From Nitrososphaera viennensis EN76 (lineage in GTDB: Archaea; Thermoproteota; Nitrososphaeria; Nitrososphaerales; Nitrososphaeraceae): 32,000 bases of DNA. The stretch spans positions 1,920,001-1,952,000 of the forward strand of contig NZ_CP007536.1 in the NCBI RefSeq assembly GCF_000698785.1, read 5' to 3'. Shown here piece after piece: positions 24,827 to 31,594 of this stretch (the stretch's first letter is position 1; each line of letters opens with the position of its first letter). A program made the translations under genes and the position numbers. Under the pieces are notes generated by a model that had not been told where the DNA came from, did no database searches, and saw only the letters and a program-made list of their open reading frames with translations.

Positions 24827-25897
24827 TTATTTCAAAAGAGCAAGCTCTGCCCTTGTGGCCATCCTCTGGCCTATTGTCGCACCCAGGATGCCCATGGCTG
24901 CGGCCGGCACCACGACGAGCGGGAACACTGCTGGCACAATTTCAAAGTAGATCGTCGCAGTGAGGCTTGCCCACACCGCCCTTTCCGGCATCACTATCTC
25001 GTTGTACGTGTGCGTTATCAGGGGGTAGTAGAGCACGAAAAACGAGAGGCCCGCTATTGCGCCTGCCGCAAACATCGCGCCCTTGGACCTCCAGTGCGAC
25101 AGTATGGCGTCTGCCGCGACGAGAGGAACCATCACCGAGAGGTAGAACGGGATGGTGGGCCAGAGCGCCTCGTTAGGGACCATTGACGTCAACACACCGA
25201 TAAACACGAACGCGCCGGCAAGGGCCGAAGCGGCGCCAAACCTCCTTCCTGCAAGGCTGAACGTCGCGACCATTATTGCGGCAGTCACGAGCGGAAAGCC
25301 AAGCGTGGCAACCAGCGCGCCTGCCTGCGGCTGCGGATTGAAATCGAAAAAGCCAGTGCGCGAGAACGGGAGCGAAAACATGTCGATAGAGCCGGCCGCT
25401 GCAAGCCAGACTGGGAGCATGCCAAGCACCAAGAGCGCCCTTGGGAGCGACTTGTGCTCTGCCTTCGGCCACGCGTAGATGATGCCTATCATGGCGCCGA
25501 TGCCGCTTGTCACCATGCCGCTTACAAGGACGGCGTGGGGCGGGCTGAGCAGGCCGTCAAGGCCAAAGAGCGAGTGCCACCAAAAGTCCACCGGGCCGGC
25601 GACCAGAAGGAGCGTGACTCCAACAATCGCAAGCCTGGCGGGCCACTCTGTTTTTTTGATAGCGCGAGATGCCGACAGTACCAGCACGGCGCCAAACACG
25701 GCCGTCCCTGCTCCCGTGTAGAGAACGGCGTGGGGAGGCGAAAAGAACGTCTCTGGCTTGTTCAGCAGGTGGTTCGTGACGTCCCACGTTCCTCCGGATA
25801 TGGCCATCAGGACTCCGATTGTGAGGATTATGTACCCCGCCGAGAGCCTCTGCGCCGGCTCGAAGATGATGAGTGTGCCGCGCTGAAAATAGTTCAT
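24827..25897 (-). CDS. Polytopic membrane protein (about 10 TM) with a duplicated W-x-H...SPPHAVL motif, function unknown
   Basis: GGTWDVTNHLLNKPETFFSPPHAVLYTG (aa 36-62) and DFWWHSLFGLDGLLSPPHAVLVSG (aa 104-127). There are no cysteines. The protein is hydrophobic throughout. Confidence 0.75.
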   Translation of the reverse strand: MNYFQRGTLIIFEPAQRLSAGYIILTIGVLMAISGGTWDVTNHLLNKPETFFSPPHAVLYTGAGTAVFGAVLVLSASRAIKKTEWPARLAIVGVTLLLVAGPVDFWWHSLFGLDGLLSPPHAVLVSGMVTSGIGAMIGIIYAWPKAEHKSLPRALLVLGMLPVWLAAAGSIDMFSLPFSRTGFFDFNPQPQAGALVATLGFPLVTAAIMVATFSLAGRRFGAASALAGAFVFIGVLTSMVPNEALWPTIPFYLSVMVPLVAADAILSHWRSKGAMFAAGAIAGLSFFVLYYPLITHTYNEIVMPERAVWASLTATIYFEIVPAVFPLVVVPAAAMGILGATIGQRMATRAELALLK

Positions 25898-25936
25898 GCG
25901 CCTACTACTGTAATATATTCTCCAGCTTGTACAATT

Positions 25937-26557
25937 TTAAGCCTTTGTCATCACGTTTACAGAATAGACGCTGACATACTCGTTCTGGTGGTCAAGCGTG
26001 CCGCCAGAAGGCCAGTGCGCCTGGTCGCCGTTGTGGGGAAAGCCGATTGCCTTTACGAAAAACACGAACCTGCCCTCCTGCGCCGGCTTGACCGACAGCG
26101 CGATGCTAAACGACTCGCCCTTTTGCCAAGGGCTGCTGAATATTTCGACAGACGGGTACTGCGCACGGACCATCTGTTGCGTGCCTACATAGCCAGAACC
26201 TATAGGGGTCCCTGCCTTGATGAAGACAGGCGACTGCTTGAAGTTTTCTTCTTGCACAGTCACGATGCCATCGGTGCTCGTGACGTTTGGGAACGCAATA
26301 GACACTATCTGCCTGTCGGCGTGGTCGCCCTGGTTCGTGGCGTTGACGAGCAGCGTGAAACTCTCGCCAAGGCTTATCGTGCTGTTGGAAACAGAAACGT
26401 CCGTCACCACCGGCTCTGGCCTTGGAGGCGCCAGCGCCGGGATGTACGCGCCCGGCAGGACAAGCACTGCAATCGCAAAGTAGGCGACAGCCGCCCCGAT
26501 AGCAACGCCTGCAATGACCTTGCCCTTGTTCAAGACAGCGTGCATTAGAAGATACAC
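25937..26557 (-). CDS. N-terminally anchored extracellular protein with a CARDB/Ig-like beta domain, function unknown
   Basis: TM anchor VIAGVAIGAAVAYFAIAVLVL, a Pro-rich linker, then VTDVSVSNSTISLGESFTLLVNATNQGD (CARDB-like). It ends 39 nt upstream of the polytopic membrane protein gene. Confidence 0.65.
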   Translation of the reverse strand: MYLLMHAVLNKGKVIAGVAIGAAVAYFAIAVLVLPGAYIPALAPPRPEPVVTDVSVSNSTISLGESFTLLVNATNQGDHADRQIVSIAFPNVTSTDGIVTVQEENFKQSPVFIKAGTPIGSGYVGTQQMVRAQYPSVEIFSSPWQKGESFSIALSVKPAQEGRFVFFVKAIGFPHNGDQAHWPSGGTLDHQNEYVSVYSVNVMTKA

Positions 26558-26589
26558 CGTTTAAATCTCTTGCCGAAGATCGCCCAAGC

Positions 26590-26847
26590 ATGGACGGTGA
26601 CGCTTGCGACTCGCGCACGCACGCCTACCGCAACGGCAAGACGTTTGAGCAATGCCGGCAGGAGGCAAGAGGCGTCACCGACATTCTGGCCGGCGAGATA
26701 GCGCGGTCAGGCGAGATAACATGGTCCCGCGTGCTTGAAGCGGCAGGCCACGACGAGATCGTCTACAAACTGACGCTGAAATACCTGCGCGAAAGAGGCT
26801 TTGACATTGGCAACTTTCAGGCGCCAAAAGTGAAGCAAAAGGAATGA
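26590..26847 (+). CDS. Hypothetical 85-aa protein, first gene of a translationally coupled pair
   Basis: ATG start. Its stop overlaps the next ATG (ATGA at 26844-26847). No family recognised. Confidence 0.5.
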   Translation: MDGDACDSRTHAYRNGKTFEQCRQEARGVTDILAGEIARSGEITWSRVLEAAGHDEIVYKLTLKYLRERGFDIGNFQAPKVKQKE

Positions 26848-27146
26848 AGGTCCGGGTCTATTTCTGCCGGGAATCTATCGGAGCCGAGCTCGTCAACGCA
26901 AGGTTGAGCCGGCAGGCCCTTGAGACCATCTACGACCTTGTCTGGGAGCAGGAGCTGAAAAACGTCATCACCATAGGCAAGATCTGGCTGCGCTTCCGGC
27001 AAAGCGGCAGACCCTTTGGCCATCCGCTGAAGGAGAAGCGGCCGCACGCCAAGATAGCGGCAGGCGACATCATCGAGGCTGCCGGGAAATGCTACATGGT
27101 AATGGACGTTGGCGTGAAGGGGATAGAACTGGAACGAGGGGGATGA
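26844..27146 (+). CDS. Hypothetical 100-aa protein, second gene of the coupled pair
   Basis: Third codon positions are strongly G+C biased when read in this frame. The ORF ends in a tandem TGATGA. No family recognised. Confidence 0.55.
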   Translation: MKVRVYFCRESIGAELVNARLSRQALETIYDLVWEQELKNVITIGKIWLRFRQSGRPFGHPLKEKRPHAKIAAGDIIEAAGKCYMVMDVGVKGIELERGG

Positions 27147-27454
27147 TGATAATAACAAGAAGAAGAGGAGGCGCTTGGCGATCCTGCACCAACGACCTGT
27201 TCAGCCCATGCCGTTAAAGTCGCGGCTTTTTACACCCTTTTGATGCAGTTTTGTTTTCGTGTGCCGCCAAGCGCCATCGTCAAGCAATGGTTGTCGGCAC
27301 GATTTCCATGCATCCATACTATAGAGTTTTTAGTATTAAAATCTTCTGTTTGTGTAAAAATTATATTTTTCTTGTTCTAGGACAAATATCAATAATTAAA
27401 ATCTCTGGGAACATAAAATTCCTGGAAATTGCGTTATGCATCTGCTATACGCCA

Positions 27455-27775
27455 TTAGCCGAACCCAAAGTAGTGTACCCGCTGGTGCAGGTTGCGCTCT
27501 ACCTCTGACCTGAAAACCATCGCGCAAAAGCTGCAAAAGTAGAGGCTCAGCTGCTCAAGGTCGCCCTTTTTCAGGACCGCAAGCTCTTCCGGGTCCTCCG
27601 TGTTCTCGGCAACGACGTAGTCGTCGGCCGGAAGCGCCTTTTCCAGAGCTTGCTTGACCTTCTTTATGTCGTCCTCGTGCACGATTACAACATCATCACC
27701 GTCTTCGGCCGAAAACGCGCCAAGTATGGCCGGCTTTAGTTCTGTGCACAGGCGCGAAATGTCAACCTTGATCAT
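27455..27775 (-). CDS. Acidic 106-aa protein with a C-terminal classical C2H2 zinc finger
   Basis: YFCSFCAMVFRSEVERNLHQRVH has exact C-x2-C-x12-H-x3-H spacing. The N-terminal part is acidic (EDGDDVVIVHEDD, ENTEDPEE). Confidence 0.65.
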   Translation of the reverse strand: MIKVDISRLCTELKPAILGAFSAEDGDDVVIVHEDDIKKVKQALEKALPADDYVVAENTEDPEELAVLKKGDLEQLSLYFCSFCAMVFRSEVERNLHQRVHYFGFG

Positions 27776-27785
27776 CGCTGCTCTG

Positions 27786-28163
27786 CTATGCTCCTTCTGG
27801 CGCTATTGATATTGCCACAAGATCGCCCCTACCAGATGAAAAAAGCCCTGCGATCTTGGCCTTGAAGCCGTATTTCTTGCTCCTCTGCTTCAGCGCCTTC
27901 TCTGTCTCTTCCGGCGTGGCAAACCGCGCCCTTGCTCCCACCCACTCGCCCTTTGGCTCGCCGCGCATCCCGCACGGCATCACCCTGACGGTTTCGTTGT
28001 TGCGCAGGCGCTTGACCTTGCCCGTCTCGCTCCTTGTCACGACAAACAGCCTGTCGCCGTCTATGGTGAACCACACAGGGGTTGCCACCGGCTGGCCGCT
28101 TTTCCTGTAGGTTTCAAGGTTGATGCACTGCTGTCCTTCAAACTGCGATAGGTCCGGGCCCAC
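27786..28163 (-). CDS. PPOX-class (pyridoxamine 5'-phosphate oxidase-like split-barrel) putative F420/FMN-dependent protein
   Basis: LETYRKSGQPVATPVWFTIDGDRLFVVTRSETGKVKRLRNNETVRVMPC...GEWVGARARF...KKYG matches the layout of proteins annotated as PPOX class F420-dependent oxidoreductases. Confidence 0.75.
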   Translation of the reverse strand: MGPDLSQFEGQQCINLETYRKSGQPVATPVWFTIDGDRLFVVTRSETGKVKRLRNNETVRVMPCGMRGEPKGEWVGARARFATPEETEKALKQRSKKYGFKAKIAGLFSSGRGDLVAISIAPEGA

Positions 28164-28221
28164 GACTGTGGTTGGACTTTGCGGGAATTAACCTTTTCAG
28201 TAGCTGCCCTTGTCGTTCCGG

Positions 28222-28728
28222 CTATAGGTAGTCGTCGTCTGATTCGGCCTCTTCCCTCTTGTCGTCAATCTCGTCAAGCCATTCCTTGCCGGATTTTGTT
28301 TCCCATTTCGTCTCGATCTTGGCAGGCGGTGCAAGCACGTCCCGGACGCGGAATACCGCCAGCGGGAGCTTTATCCTGGCCATCTGGTCGAGCTGGCCGT
28401 CCGTAAAGTTCTTGCCGTTTCTCGTCTTTACCCAGCAGAGCGCAAGCGGGCTGGCAACTATCACCGCAGTGGCACCGTGTTCTTTCTGGCCCACCTTGCA
28501 CGCAAGGTAGTCAAAAACAGCCGCCGCCTCTCTTATCTCCGGGACGAACTGCCCGTGCACCTTGACCTGGATGATCCTGCGCGGCCCCTTGCTGAAAGCA
28601 AGCGTGTTTTTTTCCTTGAATGAAATGTCCTTGGGTGAAACGTACGCCCAGCCTTCCTGGTCGCAGGTTTCACGAAAATACAGGTCCATAAGCGCGTCCT
28701 TTAGAAAGGGGGTTACCGACAGGCCCAT
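28222..28728 (-). CDS. Hypothetical 168-aa protein with a PD-(D/E)xK nuclease-fold-like motif order and an acidic tail
   Basis: FDYLACKV ... ATAVIVASPLALCWVKTRNGKNFTDGQLDQM ... PLAVFRV resembles the (P)D ... (E)xK ... Q core of VRR-NUC/Hjc-like nucleases, but Trp occupies the position where the acidic residue is expected. The C-terminus is DEIDDKREEAESDDDYL. Confidence 0.6.
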   Translation of the reverse strand: MGLSVTPFLKDALMDLYFRETCDQEGWAYVSPKDISFKEKNTLAFSKGPRRIIQVKVHGQFVPEIREAAAVFDYLACKVGQKEHGATAVIVASPLALCWVKTRNGKNFTDGQLDQMARIKLPLAVFRVRDVLAPPAKIETKWETKSGKEWLDEIDDKREEAESDDDYL

Positions 28729-28815
28729 GCAAGAAGAGGGTCAGCACCACTCTTGCTAAAATCTTGCTGCTGGCGCGCCGTCAAAACTCTTTTGTTTCAT
28801 GATGCCTCTCATGTT

Positions 28816-29421
28816 ATGAGAAAAAATATGGCTTCTAGAAAGGACGAAAAAGAAGAGTCCGAAAAGAGATCCGCCGAGGTTGGCAGCAGGGGCAGCGGCC
28901 CGCAGCAGCAGGAGATGCAGCAACAGCAGGAGGCAGTGGCCCGGTCCATCGACGAGACCAAGCAGAATATCCGCGAGGCTATAGAGGAGGCAAGAAAAGA
29001 GATTCCGAGATACAACCAGGTCGTAAATGATTACCAGAATCAAACGATAGATGCGACGAGGGATATTGCTGAAAGCTACCTTGACTCCCAGAGGCAGGCC
29101 ATCAATTCCATGCAGTCAAGCTGGATCCAGCACATGCAACAGCACCAGTCGTGGTGGGGAATGCCGATGTCGCCTCAGGCCATGGCAGACCTGTACACAA
29201 GGATGGCAGGCAGCTTTGCAGACGCCACGATAGCCACCACGAGGATGGCAAACAACATGATGTTTGCAAACATTGAAGCAGCCAGGACCACGATGAACCA
29301 TGCAAGGGACAATGCAAGGGAAATGGCGAGAATAGCCGCCGACTTTGCCGATACGTTCGGGCAGGCGACGTCAAGGGAGGCAAGGTCGCGGGCCGAGGAT
29401 GAAAGGCGCCGGCGCAGTTGA
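28816..29421 (+). CDS. Q-rich all-helical protein (phasin-like appearance, speculative)
   Basis: The start is set at ATG 28816 (or 28828). The sequence reads QQQEMQQQQEAVARSIDETKQNIREAIEEARKE...ADATIATTRMANNMMFANIEAARTTMNHARDNAREMARIAADFADTF. It appears helical and low in complexity. Confidence 0.6.
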   Translation: MRKNMASRKDEKEESEKRSAEVGSRGSGPQQQEMQQQQEAVARSIDETKQNIREAIEEARKEIPRYNQVVNDYQNQTIDATRDIAESYLDSQRQAINSMQSSWIQHMQQHQSWWGMPMSPQAMADLYTRMAGSFADATIATTRMANNMMFANIEAARTTMNHARDNAREMARIAADFADTFGQATSREARSRAEDERRRRS

Positions 29422-29438
29422 CGTCCTGCTACTACGCC

Positions 29439-29445
29439 TTTTTTT
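29439..29445 (+). terminator. T7 run 18 nt downstream of the stop of the Q-rich protein gene
   Basis: TTTTTTT at 29439-29445. Archaeal RNA polymerase terminates at oligo-T. Confidence 0.5.
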
Positions 29446-29793
29446 GAATGCCTCTGCGCCTGCCGGCGGCGCTGCGATTGCAGCCTGCCTGATGCACAAA
29501 CACACACACCCACAATATCTCTGCCTCCTTTAAGGTAATTCTTGATAGAATGCTCTGCCGCTGTTATCAATTGCCAGAACTGGTATATGCTGCCCAAGTA
29601 TCGGGCGATGTAGCACTGGAAAGCTTTTTGCGCCCAAAAACGCATGAAAAGCAGCAGCGGCCAGGCTGGATCAGCGCAAAAGGCCTGGCGAAAGCAGAGC
29701 CTGCCTCGTGGAGTCCGAGAAAAGCCTAGGATTTACAAAAAATCCGAAAGAACTCAAACAATATCCCCTGCAGGATAAAAAATAACTTCCTGA

Positions 29794-29819
29794 TATTTGT
29801 AATATGAATATTACAAATA
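29794..29819. promoter_or_regulatory. Perfect 12-bp-arm palindrome TATTTGTAATAT-GA-ATATTACAAATA upstream of the PepSY-like gene
   Basis: Arms 29794-29805 and 29808-29819 are exact reverse complements, 61-86 nt upstream of ATG 29880. Confidence 0.55.
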
Positions 29820-29879
29820 ATCTTGATCCACTGTTTCTTCTCCTCAAGTCTTAAGAATCATGGCTTTCGGAATTTAACG

Positions 29880-30536
29880 ATGTCAAGTCTAACAGGAAAG
29901 AAGAAGTTGCTAATTCCTGTCCTGTTGGTTGCAGTCCTAGCGGTTGCATCAATGGCAGCAGTGCCATTTGTTGCTTCCGCGCAGACCACAACTGGCGAGG
30001 ATGATGATGACAACAGCAACAACACCAACAACGACACTATGACCGCGCCGGAAACTAACGGCACAGCAACGACCGACCAGGCAGACAATAGCACCGCCAC
30101 TGAAGAAGAAACCCTGACCGCCCCGGAAACTGACAACGCCACAGCAACAACCGGCCAAGAAGACTCTACCGTGATAGTGGGAACAATCGTCGTCAACAGC
30201 ACCCAAACAGTAGGCGACTTTGATGAAGACCTTCTGGCCGTGCAAGAGGACAACGCCACACAGACAGCAGCCGCCGAGGTCACCAATGGCACAGTAGTCG
30301 ACAGCCAGCTGGACGTGGTACAGGGCTTCCTAGTGTACACGGTTACAGTGCTGGACGTTGCCAACCAAAACCTCTATCATGTAATCGTTGATCCAGGCGA
30401 CGGAAGTGTGCTCTACGCCTCGCCAGGCATACCCGTAGGCAACTCGTACATAGAAGATGTAGTAGGTGAAATTGGAGGAGATAGCGGAGACGGGGGAAAC
30501 AGCGGGGACGACGATGACGACGACAACGACGAATGA
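29880..30536 (+). CDS. Secreted acidic T/N/D-rich protein with a C-terminal PepSY-like domain
   Basis: Signal peptide KKKLLIPVLLVAVLAVASMAAVPFVASAQ, many N-x-S/T sequons, VTNGTVVDSQLDVVQGFLVYTVTVLDVANQNLYHVIVDPGDGSVLY (PepSY-like), and a poly-Asp tail. The start is set at ATG 29880. Confidence 0.75.
   Translation: MSSLTGKKKLLIPVLLVAVLAVASMAAVPFVASAQTTTGEDDDDNSNNTNNDTMTAPETNGTATTDQADNSTATEEETLTAPETDNATATTGQEDSTVIVGTIVVNSTQTVGDFDEDLLAVQEDNATQTAAAEVTNGTVVDSQLDVVQGFLVYTVTVLDVANQNLYHVIVDPGDGSVLYASPGIPVGNSYIEDVVGEIGGDSGDGGNSGDDDDDDNDE
30041..30190 (+). repeat. Imperfect 75-nt (25-aa) tandem duplication inside the PepSY-like gene
   Basis: GACCGCGCCGGAAACT... at 30041 and GACCGCCCCGGAAACT... at 30116. 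Peptides: TAPETNGTATTDQADNST... and TAPETDNATATTGQEDST... Confidence 0.6.
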
Positions 30537-30610
30537 TGTATGACGGCAGAGGGCAACGAAACAACCGTGTAGAAGAAGCATAGACGGAGGCTCTCTCTCT
30601 TTCTTCAATG

Positions 30611-30638
30611 GAGGGCTTCTCCCTCTTCCTTTTTATTT
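30611..30638 (+). terminator. Hairpin GAGGG-CTTCT-CCCTC followed by a T-rich run, downstream of the PepSY-like gene
   Basis: The 5-bp stem at 30611-30625 is followed by TTCCTTTTTATTT. Confidence 0.4.
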
Positions 30639-30827
30639 CAAATAATAATTAATGATGATGTTATTGCTGCCGCCGCAAAGGCTCTAGCATTCATGTCCAT
30701 CATCCGCCAAAAGCATGAGAAAAAGCATCTCAAGGAACACTGGACCTATCCTTTTTAGCGCGGTATTATTGCCGCGTCAGCTATGCTCGTTGTGTTCTTG
30801 TTGCTACTATTGCATGTCCGGCAGAGG

Positions 30828-31217
30828 CTAGTCAAACGGGTTGAGATCTATTTTCTTGAACTTGCCCATGACGTTTTCCAGCAGATCGCCTTCCCCTGTT
30901 TTCTCCTGGAGCAGTTTTACTGCTTCTTCTGTGACCTGCTGGGCCTTTTTCTGGTCGTTTATCCCGGCATCAGCGCTGATCTTGCTGATCACCTCTTCGT
31001 TGCTCACGTTCTGCTGGGCCGTCGTGAACTGCTGCTTTTCGCTGTCTGAGAAAATATTTGTAATGCTGGACGGCAGCTTTGACAGAAGACTTGACGCTTT
31101 GTTTGGGTCGGCTTTTTGCAACAGCGTCTTTGAAACCAGAGCGATTGCCGTGTTTGCCTGCTCCGGGGTGATTCCTACGCGCTGGGCCAGTTGATTTACC
31201 AGATCCTGTGTTTCCAT
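30828..31217 (-). CDS. Hypothetical helical protein with two G-I-(T/N)-x-x-Q-A type repeats (DUF2780-like appearance)
   Basis: LAQRVGITPEQANTAIALVSKTLL and ADAGINDQKKAQQVTEEAVKLL. A TTTAAAG box lies about 27 nt upstream of ATG 31217. The gene has lower G+C (one line counted at 29/60). Confidence 0.55.
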   Translation of the reverse strand: METQDLVNQLAQRVGITPEQANTAIALVSKTLLQKADPNKASSLLSKLPSSITNIFSDSEKQQFTTAQQNVSNEEVISKISADAGINDQKKAQQVTEEAVKLLQEKTGEGDLLENVMGKFKKIDLNPFD

Positions 31218-31527
31218 ACAGGATACTATGCAAGATCACTTTAAAGGGTCAAGATTTTCAAGAAAATAGCATCTTCGATAAATTTTTCTTCGTTTTATCT
31301 TGTCGTGTTACTCAGCCCGATTCTGGTACGGCGTTAGCTGGAATATTGTTAGTTGCACTTACACACATACGCGCTAGTCTGATCTCCTAACTGCAAATGT
31401 CGCATAAAGAATGCGCCTATCTTGCATCTTTGCGGCATTTTTTATTGTGCGGGTGCTGTCTATCAAATACATCTCGGAATGCACTTGGCATAAAACAAAA
31501 GCCTCGTCATCGAAACCGTCTCTCTCT

Positions 31528-31563
31528 CCCTGTCCAGCTGCAAGGCATCACAGCTGGACAGGG
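31528..31563 (-). terminator. Perfect 13-bp stem hairpin (CCCTGTCCAGCTG / CAGCTGGACAGGG, 10-nt loop) about 30 nt downstream of the stop of the 88-aa gene
   Basis: Arms 31528-31540 and 31551-31563 are exact reverse complements. On the minus strand, T-runs (CTTTTGTTTTAT) lie further downstream. Confidence 0.45.
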
Positions 31564-31594
31564 CGCAAGTGAGTTAGCTACTATTGCTAGATTA

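Noticed and set aside
25454-26548. 364-aa plus-strand ORF antisense to the membrane protein and the CARDB-like protein genes
   Set aside because: The translation is Arg/Asp/His-rich without structure, and it spans two minus-strand genes and their spacer. The minus-strand products have coherent TM helices and domain features.
27143-27149. C-box-like AUGAUGA (also at 30652-30658), suggesting C/D box sRNAs
   Set aside because: I found no CUGA D box at an appropriate distance on either strand and no terminal stem. The first copy is simply the tandem stop TGATGA of the upstream gene.
27251-27508. 85-aa plus-strand ORF in the AT-rich convergent gap
   Set aside because: It has an AT-rich, Ile/Phe/Lys/Cys-heavy translation, no start context, and overlaps the 3' end of the C2H2 gene. 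This is typical of a random ORF in AT-rich spacer.
29175-29645. 156-aa minus-strand ORF overlapping the Q-rich protein gene
   Set aside because: Two-thirds of it is antisense to a better-supported gene, and its translation is Arg/Ala/Ser-rich low-complexity sequence.
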